Source of the DNA: an uncultured Candidatus Rokubacteria bacterium
GTDB taxonomy: Bacteria > Methylomirabilota > Methylomirabilia > Rokubacteriales > CSP1-6
Reading direction: 5' to 3'
Assembly (NCBI GenBank): GCA_963762145.1
Contig: CAVXJS010000021.1
Coordinates: 64,001-128,000, forward strand
Length of the DNA: 64,000 nucleotides
Shown: piece by piece, positions 45,298 to 54,558 of the stretch
How the letters are laid out: each line of letters starts with the position of its first letter
How positions within the stretch are numbered: the stretch's first letter is position 1
The notes under the pieces: model-generated
What the model was told of the DNA's origin: nothing
The model's input: the letters and a program-made list of their open reading frames with translations, nothing else
Databases searched by the model: none
Made by a program: the position numbers and the translations under genes

Positions 45298-45729
45298 TCA
45301 TGGACTTGGCTCTCCCTTGAGGCGGGCGGCGACCCGCGGGGGGATGGGCCGGGCGGCCAGGGCGCCGCCGGGGCTCTCGGGCTGCGCCACCCAGGCGCGC
45401 ACCTCGAATCCGGTCGCGCAGTGCCGGCGGCCGACGAATATCTCGTGCTCGACGCGGAACGTCTTCTCGCGCACCTCGCGCACCGTCGTCGCGATCCGCA
45501 CCAGGTCACCGTAGCGCACCGGCGAGGCGAAGCGCGCCCCCGTCTCCACGATGGGCACCCCCACGATGCGCTCGGCCGGGAACAGCTCGCGCCACGGCAG
45601 GCCGAGCGCCTCGAAGAGCGCCTCGGTGCCCAGGTCGAACCACTCGAAGAAGCGCGGGTAGAACACGATGCCGGCCGGATCGGCCTCGCTCCATCGGACC
45701 TTCACGGCCAGCGCGTTGGCGACCGTCAC
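45298..45729 (-). CDS. Acyl-CoA thioesterase (4HBT/hotdog family)
   Basis: VRWSEADPAGIVFYPRFFEWFD, PVRYGD; GTGA overlap with ligase stop. Confidence 0.92.
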   Translation of the reverse strand: MTVANALAVKVRWSEADPAGIVFYPRFFEWFDLGTEALFEALGLPWRELFPAERIVGVPIVETGARFASPVRYGDLVRIATTVREVREKTFRVEHEIFVGRRHCATGFEVRAWVAQPESPGGALAARPIPPRVAARLKGEPSP

Positions 45730-47222
45730 ACGCGCACCTGCGCCAGCTCCCGCAGGCGGAAGCGCTGGAGCTTTCCGGTCGCGGTGCGCGGCAATTCGCT
45801 CACGATCCTGATCTCCCGCGGCCGCTGGTGGGGTGGGAGCGCGCCCTCCAGGAACCGCCGCACGTCCGCCCGCAGCGCTTCCGGCTCCGCGGCCGGATCG
45901 CGCGGCACGACGAACACGAAAGGCTTGATGAGCCCGCCGGCCTCCTCGGCGCCCACGACCCCGCCGTCGAGCACGCCGGGGTGCCGGAGCAGCACCGATT
46001 CTACCGCGGCCGGGGCCACCCATTGCCCGGCGACCTTGAAGAAGTCGTCCTCGCGGCCGCAGTGGACGTGCCCGCCGTCCGCCTCGCGGCGGTAGACGTC
46101 GCCGGTGCGGAACCAGTCACCCACGAAGGTCCGGCGCGAGTGGTCGAGGCGCCGCCAGTACCCGGCGGCCTGCGAGGGGGTGCGCACCCAGAGCACGCCC
46201 TCCTGCCCGTCCGGCACCGGCCGTCCCTCCGCGTCCAGGATGCGGGTCTCCGTGCCCGGCACCGGCTCGCCCGAGGATCCAGGCCGGCTCCGGCCCGGCC
46301 GGTTGGAGAGCACCATGAAGATGGTCTCGGTGGCGCCGATGCCGTCGAGGATCTCCACGCCGAACCGGTCCCGCCAGGCCGCATAGAGCTCGGCGGGCAG
46401 CCGCTCGCCGGCCGAGACGCAGACGCGCGCCGACCCGAAGGTCTCCGCCGGCAGGTCGGCGTGAAGCAGGCGGGCGTAGACCGTGGGCACCGAGAAGAAG
46501 AGCGTGGGGCGGATCTCGCGCATCGCGGCCGCCACCGTGGCCGGATCCGGCCAGCCCGGGTGCAGGTACGTCGTGGCGCGGGCGCGGAGCGGAATCAGGA
46601 GGGCGTTGCCGAGGGCGTAGGCGAAGAAGAGCTTCGAGGTGGCGAAGATCCGGTCGGCGCCGGTCACGCCGAGCACGTCCAGGTAGTTCTGGCACGCGGG
46701 CAGCGTGCGGTGGCAGTGCACGGCCGCCTTCGGCGAGCCGGTCGTGCCGGACGTGTAGAGCCAGAAGGCCATCGCGTCCGAGCCCACCGGCTCGGGCGGC
46801 AGCGCGGCGTCGGACGCACCGGCCACCAGGGCGTCGAAATCGAGCGTGTGGAGCCCGAAGGCTTCCGCGTCCACCCCCGCGGCGGCCAGCACCGCGGCAT
46901 CGGCGACCACCGTCTTCGGCCGGCAATCGTCCAGGATGGTCCGGAGCTGCGCGGCGTCGAGCCGCGTGTTCAGCGGGACCGCCACCGCGCCCAGCTTCAG
47001 CGCGGCGAAGAAGGTGGCGGCCCAGGCGGGACCGTCGGGGAGGAGGATGGCCACCCGCTGCTCGGGCTCCACCCCGCGGGCGCGCAACGCGTGGGCGGCC
47101 CGATCGGTGAGGCGCCGGAGATCGGCGTAGGTGACGGGGCCGGCCGGGGTGAGCAGGGCCGCCCGCGCGCCGTGGCCCTCTTCGACCGGCGCGTCCACGA
47201 AGAGGGACGCCGCATTGTCCAT
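45726..47222 (-). CDS. Benzoate-CoA ligase family protein
   Basis: FWLYTSGTTGSPK, SKLFFAYALGN, SAGE, DGIGATE, FKVAGQWV, TGKLQRF. Confidence 0.92.
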   Translation of the reverse strand: MDNAASLFVDAPVEEGHGARAALLTPAGPVTYADLRRLTDRAAHALRARGVEPEQRVAILLPDGPAWAATFFAALKLGAVAVPLNTRLDAAQLRTILDDCRPKTVVADAAVLAAAGVDAEAFGLHTLDFDALVAGASDAALPPEPVGSDAMAFWLYTSGTTGSPKAAVHCHRTLPACQNYLDVLGVTGADRIFATSKLFFAYALGNALLIPLRARATTYLHPGWPDPATVAAAMREIRPTLFFSVPTVYARLLHADLPAETFGSARVCVSAGERLPAELYAAWRDRFGVEILDGIGATETIFMVLSNRPGRSRPGSSGEPVPGTETRILDAEGRPVPDGQEGVLWVRTPSQAAGYWRRLDHSRRTFVGDWFRTGDVYRREADGGHVHCGREDDFFKVAGQWVAPAAVESVLLRHPGVLDGGVVGAEEAGGLIKPFVFVVPRDPAAEPEALRADVRRFLEGALPPHQRPREIRIVSELPRTATGKLQRFRLRELAQVRV

Positions 47223-47233
47223 CTCGCCTGCGC

Positions 47234-48043
47234 TCAGGCCTGGCCGACTCGCTTGCTCCGGGGGATGGAGAAGCCGGCCGTCTCGATGCGGTCGAGGATG
47301 CCGTGGAACTTGTGGCGCCCGTCGGTGTGCGCGGCCCACACGTCGTCGAGCGTGTCGAAGCCCGCGATGTACCCGAGCCCGCAGTCGGCCGGCTCCGCCA
47401 TCGGCATCTCACCCTTGAGGAAGCGGCGGTGGCCCTCGGCGGGGTCGATCCAGAAGCCCTCGGAGGCCTCGCCGCCGAGCAGCCGCGGATCCTGCCCCGC
47501 CGGCACCGGGGCCAGGAAGAACCGCGCGGTGAAGCGGATCGGGTTCGAGGGCGGCGTGACGAAGTGGGAGAGGTAGCGGAAAGGCGCCAGGTCGAGGTGC
47601 CAGCCCTCGCGGGCAAGCAGCACGTGGAAGGGCGCCTCCTCGCCGACCAGCGCGTGGCGGAGCCGCTCGACGCGGTCGCGGACCTCTGGATCGCTCGTGT
47701 CCACCGGCCGGCCGTCGGCGTCGCAGCCGACCAGCAGGCCCGTCTCCTCGACCAGCTCGCGTGCGGCGGTGACCCAGAAGGCGAGCGGCGGGATCCCGTC
47801 GGCGGCCGGAAAGGCGGCGAGCGCGGCGGCGGCGGAGATGCCGCGGCAGCGGGCCACCGCCTCCTCGGCGCCATCGGCGGGCTCGACCTTGCCGCCCGGG
47901 AAGGCGTAGAAGCCGCCCAGGAAGCGCATGCTCTTCTGGCGCCGGATCATGTACACCTCGACCGGGCAGGCCGCGCCCGGGCGCACCAGCAGCACGGACG
48001 CGGCGGGCCGGGGGGCGACGGGGGGAGACGGCGCGGACGTCAC
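47234..48043 (-). CDS. Nudix hydrolase (NUDT19-like, putative acyl-CoA diphosphatase)
   Basis: PRPAASVLL, FPGGKV…AARELVEETG, HFVTPP..RFTARFF. Confidence 0.85.
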   Translation of the reverse strand: MTSAPSPPVAPRPAASVLLVRPGAACPVEVYMIRRQKSMRFLGGFYAFPGGKVEPADGAEEAVARCRGISAAAALAAFPAADGIPPLAFWVTAARELVEETGLLVGCDADGRPVDTSDPEVRDRVERLRHALVGEEAPFHVLLAREGWHLDLAPFRYLSHFVTPPSNPIRFTARFFLAPVPAGQDPRLLGGEASEGFWIDPAEGHRRFLKGEMPMAEPADCGLGYIAGFDTLDDVWAAHTDGRHKFHGILDRIETAGFSIPRSKRVGQA

Positions 48044-49372
48044 GCGGGCGGGACGCGGGACCGCGTGAGACCGGCGAGCTGCTCCAGCAGGGCTTCCGCG
48101 GACACCGGCTTGGCGATGACGCGGTCCACGAACTGCATGGACTCGTGGGCCGAGACGCCCTCGCCCCACCCGGTGAGGATGAACACCGCGGTCGCGGGCG
48201 AGCGCGTCTTGATGCGCTCGGCCACTTCCCAGCCGTTCATCTTGGGCATGCCGAGATCGGTGATCACGACGTCGTGCGCGCCCGGGATCGAACACCGCGA
48301 GCGCCTCGTCGCCGTTGGCCGCGGTCGTGATGGCGTGCCCCTCGCTGCGCAGCACGTCGGAGAGCACGGTGAGCAGGCGCGGGTCGTCGTCCACCAGGAG
48401 CACGCGCGCGGCGTGCTCGGGCACGACCTGGCGCTCGGCCACCCCCTCCGAGGCGGGGATGATCTGGAAGCGGCTCGCGTGCAGCCGCAGCCGCACGGTG
48501 GTGCCCTTGCCGACCGCGCTGTCGATGTTCACGCTGCCACCGTGCCGCTCGACGATGTCGTAGACCTCGGCGAGGCCCTGCGAGGGCCCCTGCCCGGGCT
48601 GGAGGCTCCGCGCGTGCTCGGCCAGGCGCCGTCGCTGCTCGACCGACATGCCCACTCCGGTGTCCTTCACCTCCACCACCACCCAGCCCGAGGCCTCCGC
48701 GGCGGCCCGGATGCCCAGGGAGCCGCCCCGCGGCATGGCGTCCACCGCGTTGTGGATGAGGCGCACGAGGGCGTCACGCAGCTCGAAGGCATTCCCCTCG
48801 ACGGGCGGCAGGGCCTCCATGTCCTGGGTCACCGTGATGACGGTGCCCTTGCGCTCGGCCTCGTCGCGCCAGCGCGGCGCGGTGAGCTCGAGGGCCTCCG
48901 CGATGACCGCGGGCAGGCCCACCGGGCCATAGGCGGTCTGGGGCTGACGCGAGACAAACTCCTGAAGCTTACGAACAGTCGCGGATGCCTCGAGCGCCAC
49001 GTCGCGGATCACCATGAGCCGCCGGCGGGCGGCCTCCGACTCGCTCTCGCGCAGCATCAGCTCGGTGTAGGCCAGGATCGCGGCGAGCGAGTTGTTGAAG
49101 TTGTGCGCGAGGCCGCCCACGGTCTCCCCGAGCGCGCGCAGGTCCTCGTTGCGGGAGAGGCCGCGGGGCGCCTCCGCAAGGCGCCGGCCGAGGTCCCGGG
49201 CCCAGCTGCGCATCGAGAGCACCGAGCGGTCCATCTCCACCTTGGTGCGGCGGATCTGGCGCGCGATGTCCTGGATCTCCTCGTGGTCGGCGAAGAGGAG
49301 AGCGTCGGCGGGTGCGTCGCGCGGATCGCGTCGCATCCACCGGCCCACGTGCTGCCGGACGCGCTTGATCAC
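48040..49372 (-). CDS. Hybrid histidine kinase/receiver protein without sensor domain, frameshift near 48285
   Basis: H-box GLAHNFNNSL, N-box NAVDAM, G1 DTGVG; receiver LLVDDD…TDLGMP…AKP in ORF 48040..48267. Confidence 0.85.
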
Positions 49373-49382
49373 GGCCAGAGGA

Positions 49383-50520
49383 CTAGAGGTTCACCAGCTG
49401 CGCCACCCGCTCGCGGTGATGGGTGGCGTCGCCGAACGTGAACTCGGAGCCCTTGGCCCGCTTGAAGTAGAGGTGCAGGTCGTGCTCCCAGGTGAAGCCG
49501 ATGCCGCCGTGGAGCTGAATGCCCGCCGCCGCGACGCGCCGGAAGGCGTCGGAGACGTAGGCCTTGGCCATGCTGACCGCGAGCGGGGCCTCCGGCGAGC
49601 CCTCGTCGAGCGCCCACGCCGCGTAGTAGGTGATGGACTTGCTGTTCTCCACGTCCACCAGCATGTCGGCGGCGCGGTGCTTGACGCCCTGGTAGGAGCC
49701 GATCGGGCGGCCGAAGGCCTGGCGGATCTTCGCGTACTCGACCGTCATGTCGAGCACCTTCTGGGCGCCCCCGCACATCTCGGCGCAGAGGGCCACCGTG
49801 GCGCGATCGAGGACGCGGGCGAGCGGCGCCCAGCCCGCCCCCGCCGCGCCGAGCAGCGCGTCGGCGCCCACCGTGACGTCGGCGCACGCGACCTCGCAGA
49901 GCTTGCGGGTCTGGTCCATCGTGGGCAGCAGCGTCACCGCGAGCCCCTTGGTGCCGCGGGGCAGCAGGAAGAGCGAGACCCCGTCGGCGCCCGCCCCCGG
50001 CCGCGTCCGCGCGGCCACCACCAGGGCGTCCGCGGTGTGGGCGTCGTGCACGAAGAGCTTGGTGCCGGAGAGCGTGTACCGGCCGCCCTTCTCGACCGCG
50101 GTCAGCGTCACGCCCGGCCGGACCGAGCTGCGCGCTCGGCTCCATCCAGGCGAGGGCGACCCGCTTGTCGCCCGCCGCGACCTTCGGCAGCCACTCCTTC
50201 TTCTGCCCTTCGCTCCCCGCTTCGAGGATGGCCAGCCCGCCCAGCAGCACGGTGGAGAAGTAGGGGCCCGGCGTCACCGCGCGTCCCATCTCCTCCATGA
50301 GCACGACCAGGTCCACCAGCCCGAGCCCCATGCCGTCGTACGACTCGGGGTAGATCAGGCCCAGCCAGCCCTGCTCGGCGAGCTTCTTCCACAGCTCGGG
50401 GTTGATGCCCTCCGGCGTCTCCATCAGCCGCCGCACCGTGTCGGACGGGCACTCGTTCTCGAAGAACTTCCGGGCGGTGTTCCGCAGCAGCTCCTGCTCC
50501 TCGTTGAAGCCGAAGTTCAT
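49383..50520 (-). CDS. Acyl-CoA dehydrogenase (shorter partner subunit), frameshift near 50110
   Basis: MNFGFNEEQ, EEMGR, RQAFGRPIGSYQGVKH, QLHGGIGFTWEH. Confidence 0.9.
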
Positions 50521-50523
50521 GGC

Positions 50524-51720
50524 TTAGCCTTTCGGGAGGCCGAGCACGCGCTCGCCGATGATGTTGCGCTGGATCTCGGTGGTGCCGCCTTCGATCGAGT
50601 TGGCCCGCGAGCGCAGGAACGTGTGCTGCCACAGGCCGTCCGCCACCGCCCACTCGCTCCCGTGGGTAAGCTGGCCGAACGGGCCCTGGATCTCCATGGC
50701 CAGCTCCTGCACCCGCTGGTGCCCCTCCACCCACATCATCTTGCCCGCCGAGGCCTCGGGTCCGGGCAGCTCGCCTTTCAGCAGCTTGGTGATGGCGCGG
50801 GCGCCAGTGTACTTGAACACCTCGGTGTCGATCCACATCTGGGCGAGCTTCTGGCGCATCACCGGGTCCTGGGTCGCCGGCACCCCGTTCTTCTTGGTGT
50901 TGCGCGCGAGGTCCACCAGGCTGTCGAGCGCGATGCGCAAACGCACCTGCAGCCCGAACCCGAGCGCGAGTCGCTCGTACATCAGGGTGGTGAGCCCGAC
51001 CGCCCAGCCGTTGTTGAGGCCGCCCAGGATCTGCGACTCGTGGACCCGGACGTTGTCGAAGTAGACCTCGTTGAACTCCGCGTCGCCCGTCATCTGCTTG
51101 AGCGGCTTCACGGTGACGCCGGGGCTCTTCATGTCGAGCAGGAAGTAGGTGATGCCCTTGTGCTTGGGCGCGCTCGGATCGGTGCGGGCCAGCAGCATCA
51201 TGTAGTCCGCGATGTGGGCGAGGGACGTCCACACCTTCTGGCCGTTGATCACGAAGTGCTCGCCGTCCTTCTCGGCGCGGGTCTGCAGCGACGCCAGGTC
51301 GGAGCCCGCGTTGGGCTCGGAGTACCCCTGGCACCAGATCTCCTCGCACGAGAGCATCTTGGGCGGGTAGCGCTTCTTCTGCTCCTCGGTGCCGTAGGCG
51401 ATGACGGTGGGGCCGGCCATGCCGATGGCCAGGATGTTGAGCACCGGCGGGGCCTTGGCGAGGGCCATCTCCTGCTGGAGGATCATCTCCTCCATGAACG
51501 TCAGGCCGCGGCCGCCCGCTTCCTTGGGCCAGGTCAGCCCGACGAAGCCGGCCTCGTACATCTGCCGCTGCCACCGGCGGAGCATCTCGTAGGCCTCCGG
51601 CCGCGGGATGTCCGAGCCCTGACTGAGCCGCGCGACCCAGTCCTGCTTCATGTTCTTGGAGAGCCAGCCGCGCACGTCGTCGCGGAACGAGGATTGCTCA
51701 GGGGTCAGCGTGAAATCCAA
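50524..51720 (-). CDS. Acyl-CoA dehydrogenase (longer subunit)
   Basis: WCQGYSEPNAGSDLA, NGQKVWTS, EFNEVYFD, GGTTEIQRNIIGER; TTG start after GGAGGG. Confidence 0.93.
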   Translation of the reverse strand: MDFTLTPEQSSFRDDVRGWLSKNMKQDWVARLSQGSDIPRPEAYEMLRRWQRQMYEAGFVGLTWPKEAGGRGLTFMEEMILQQEMALAKAPPVLNILAIGMAGPTVIAYGTEEQKKRYPPKMLSCEEIWCQGYSEPNAGSDLASLQTRAEKDGEHFVINGQKVWTSLAHIADYMMLLARTDPSAPKHKGITYFLLDMKSPGVTVKPLKQMTGDAEFNEVYFDNVRVHESQILGGLNNGWAVGLTTLMYERLALGFGLQVRLRIALDSLVDLARNTKKNGVPATQDPVMRQKLAQMWIDTEVFKYTGARAITKLLKGELPGPEASAGKMMWVEGHQRVQELAMEIQGPFGQLTHGSEWAVADGLWQHTFLRSRANSIEGGTTEIQRNIIGERVLGLPKG

Positions 51721-51773
51721 TGCGCCCTCCCACGTTGGTGGGTCGTCGGTCGTGAGGTGAACCGAGGTAAGGA

Positions 51774-51822
51774 TGAACGAAGGTTCAGTACGATGATACG
51801 AGCGCGCAGGAGAAAGTGTCAA
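51774..51822 (-). promoter_or_regulatory. sigma70 promoter of the acyl-CoA dehydrogenase run with a palindromic operator
   Basis: Minus-strand TTGACA (51817-51822)-18 bp-TATCAT (51793-51798); TGAAC-N4-GTTCA at 51774-51787. Confidence 0.65.
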
Positions 51823-51848
51823 GAGGGTGGGGTATACTCGCGGCGGCC

Positions 51849-53081
51849 ATGGCGACGATCGGCATCTCCCTGCCCCGCTTGAAGAGCCACATCGAGACCC
51901 TGTCCACCTACGGGCGCAATCCAAACGGGCGGGGCATCACCCGCTCGTGTTGGAGCCCGCCCCACGAAGAGGCGCGGAAGTGGCTGCTCGGGCAGATGGC
52001 CGAGGCCGGACTCGAAACGCGCGTGGACACGGCGGGCAACACGTTCGGCTCCCTCCGCGGCGAGGGCGCGGCCGTGCTGACCGGCTCCCACATCGACACG
52101 GTCCCGGAGGGCGGTCCGCTCGACGGAGCCCTCGGGGTGCTGGCCGGGCTGGAGTGTCTGCAGACCATCAAGGCGGCGGGCCTCGACACGCGCCGGCCAC
52201 TGGCGGTGGTGGCCTGGAGCGACGAGGAAGGCCGCTACGGCAGCCTCTTCGGCTCCCGCGCCTTCACCGGCAAGCTCGACGCGGCCGAGGTTCCGAAGCT
52301 CCAGGCGGTGGACGGGATCCGTCTCGTGGACGCGATGGCCCGGGCCGGGTACGACGCCGGCCGGGTGACGGAGGCGCGCTGCGATCCGCGGACCCTCCAC
52401 GCCTACGTCGAGCTGCACATCGAGCAGGGTCCGCACCTCGAGGCCGCGCGCCTGCCCATCGGGCTGGTCGAGGGCATCGTGGGCATCCGGCGCAACCGCC
52501 TCACCTTCGTCGGCGAGCCCGATCACGCGGGCACCACGCCGATGGCCTGGCGCAAGGACGCCTTCCTGGCCGCGTGCGAGTACGCGCTGAAGGCGCGCGA
52601 GCACATCGTGCGCAAGGGCAGCGGCCGGAGCGTGACCAACTTCGGACGGATCGAGCTGTCCCCGGGCGTGTCCAACATCGTGCCCGCGCAGGCGGTGCTG
52701 CTGCAGGAGATGCGGGAGCTGGACCCGAAGATCCTGGCCCGGCTCGACCGCGAGTGCGCGGCGCTGGCCCGCACGATCACGCGCCGTCGCGGCCTGAAGG
52801 TGGTCATCGAGGCCATGTCCCGCACCGAGCCGGCGCGCTGCGCGCCCCGCGTCATGAGCGCGGTGCAGGCGGCCTGCGAGCAGCTCAAGCTCCGCTACAA
52901 GCGGATGCCGTCGGGTGCGGGGCACGACGCGCAGAATCTGGCCACCGTGACCGACTCCGGGATGCTCTTCATCCCCTCGCGCGGGGGACGGAGTCACCGG
53001 CCCGACGAGATGAGCGACTGGAAGGCCATCGAGCGGGGCACCAACGCGCTGCTCCATACCCTCCTCAAGCTGGCCGGTTAG
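51849..53081 (+). CDS. Zn-dependent hydrolase (allantoate amidohydrolase / N-carbamoyl-amino-acid hydrolase, M20)
   Basis: GSHIDTV, DGALGV, DEEG, ELHIEQG, HAGTTPM, SGAGHDA, SHRPDE. Confidence 0.95.
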   Translation: MATIGISLPRLKSHIETLSTYGRNPNGRGITRSCWSPPHEEARKWLLGQMAEAGLETRVDTAGNTFGSLRGEGAAVLTGSHIDTVPEGGPLDGALGVLAGLECLQTIKAAGLDTRRPLAVVAWSDEEGRYGSLFGSRAFTGKLDAAEVPKLQAVDGIRLVDAMARAGYDAGRVTEARCDPRTLHAYVELHIEQGPHLEAARLPIGLVEGIVGIRRNRLTFVGEPDHAGTTPMAWRKDAFLAACEYALKAREHIVRKGSGRSVTNFGRIELSPGVSNIVPAQAVLLQEMRELDPKILARLDRECAALARTITRRRGLKVVIEAMSRTEPARCAPRVMSAVQAACEQLKLRYKRMPSGAGHDAQNLATVTDSGMLFIPSRGGRSHRPDEMSDWKAIERGTNALLHTLLKLAG

Positions 53082-53109
53082 GGCGGCGCGACGGCCGCCA
53101 AGAGGCGCA

Positions 53110-53154
53110 TGTGAAAGTTTCCACTTGGCAACCGTCGGCGGGATCAAGTACACT
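53110..53154 (+). promoter_or_regulatory. Promoter of the oxidase operon with an adjacent CRP/FNR- or Rex-like site
   Basis: TGTGA-N6-CCACT (53110-53125) abutting TTGGCA-18 bp-TACACT. Confidence 0.5.
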
Positions 53155-53193
53155 CCCGCAAGAATCCAGCGCCATCTATCCCATGAGGAAGCT

Positions 53194-53460
53194 GTGCCCA
53201 CGATAGTGCACCTGCTGCTGGCCCTGGTCTTGACCGTTTTCCTGGCCGCCCAGGCCAGCGCCCTCGCCTTCGTGCTCCGCTCGCGCCGCGCGGTGTCGGC
53301 CCGGGGAGCGCGCCGGCGCAGCGACCTCTTGTGGACCTGCATCCCGGTGCTGCTCGTGCTCTTCCTGGCCGCCCGCAGCTGGGTGGCCGTCGTCGACGTC
53401 CACCGGCCCGCCGTGGCCGCGACCGGCACGCCATCGCCCCCGGTGGCGGCCCCGCGCTAG
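53194..53460 (+). CDS. Small two-TM membrane protein resembling the COX2 transmembrane hairpin
   Basis: GAGG SD, GTG start; second helix DLLWTCIPVLLVLFLA resembles the COX2 LExxWTxIP helix. Confidence 0.6.
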   Translation: MPTIVHLLLALVLTVFLAAQASALAFVLRSRRAVSARGARRRSDLLWTCIPVLLVLFLAARSWVAVVDVHRPAVAATGTPSPPVAAPR

Positions 53461-53498
53461 AGGGAACCTCACGACGCCATGACTCCGCCGCCCTCGCC

Positions 53499-54548
53499 AT
53501 GATGGAGCCGCCCTCGATGATCCACCGCCTCGTGAAGCGCCTGGACTGGACCCGCCTCGGCCTGCTGGCGGCGGTGGTCCTGCTCGCCAGCGCCTGCAGC
53601 GCGGTGGGCTGGAACTGGGACACCCCGATGAGCACGGTGAACCCGAAGTCGGACTTCGGGAAGCTCACGCACGGGATCTTCATGCTGATCTCGTGGTGGA
53701 CCCTCGGCATCTTCATCGCGGTGGAGGCGGTGCTCGTCTACGCGTGCTGGCGCTTCCGCGAGCGCCCGGGCGCGCCCATCCCCAAGCAGGTGCACGGCCA
53801 CACCGTGCTCGAGATCTCCTGGACCATCGCGTTCGCGGTCATCCTGCTGATCTTCGCGATTCCGACGATCCGCGTGATCTTCCAGACCCAGGAGGCGCCC
53901 GCGGCCACCGCGCTGCGGGTGGAAGTCCACGGCAAGCAGTGGTGGTGGGAGTTCCGCTATCCGCAGCAGAAGATCACGACCGCCAACGAGCTGCACCTGG
54001 CCGTCGGGCAGACGGTGTCGTTCGCCCTGTACGCCCCCGACGTCATCCACTCCTTCTGGATCCCGCAGCTCGGCGGCAAGCGGGACGTGGTGCCCCACCG
54101 GGTGAACCACATCACACTGACCCCGCAGGTGGCGGGCGAGTACCCGGGCCAGTGCGCGGAATACTGCGGCATGTCCCACGCCAACATGCGCTTCCGGGTC
54201 ATCGTGCACGAGCCCGCCGACTTCGAGAAGTGGGTGAAGGCCCAGCAGGCGGCCCCGGTGGATTCGCCCGACGCGCTCGCCCAGCAGGGCAAGACGCTAT
54301 TCACCCAGTCGACGTGCGTGGGCTGCCACACCATCAACGGGATCTCCGCCGGGCACATCGGGCCGGATCTCACCCACTTCGCCAGCCGCAAGACCTTCGC
54401 GGGGTCGCTGATGACCACGACCCCGGAGAACCTGACCAAGTGGATCGAGAATCCGGAGCACATGAAGCCCGGCGCGCTGATGCCGAACCTGGGGATGAAG
54501 GGGGAGCAGTCGAAGGCTCTGGCCGCCTACCTCCTCAGCCTGAAATAG
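53499..54548 (+). CDS. coxB: Cytochrome c oxidase subunit II with fused cytochrome c (caa3 type)
   Basis: Lipobox LASAC, LEISWT, QWWWEF, DVIHSF, CAEYCGMSHANM CuA site, CVGCH heme c; exact start uncertain (53499 or 53517). Confidence 0.95.
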   Translation: MMEPPSMIHRLVKRLDWTRLGLLAAVVLLASACSAVGWNWDTPMSTVNPKSDFGKLTHGIFMLISWWTLGIFIAVEAVLVYACWRFRERPGAPIPKQVHGHTVLEISWTIAFAVILLIFAIPTIRVIFQTQEAPAATALRVEVHGKQWWWEFRYPQQKITTANELHLAVGQTVSFALYAPDVIHSFWIPQLGGKRDVVPHRVNHITLTPQVAGEYPGQCAEYCGMSHANMRFRVIVHEPADFEKWVKAQQAAPVDSPDALAQQGKTLFTQSTCVGCHTINGISAGHIGPDLTHFASRKTFAGSLMTTTPENLTKWIENPEHMKPGALMPNLGMKGEQSKALAAYLLSLK

Positions 54549-54558
54549 GGAGACGCCC

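Noticed and set aside
47234-49372. Apparent kinase-Nudix fusion (712-aa ORF)
   Set aside because: Produced by the frameshift near 48285. The receiver domain finishes in another frame at 48040 and the Nudix gene has its own GTG at 48043.
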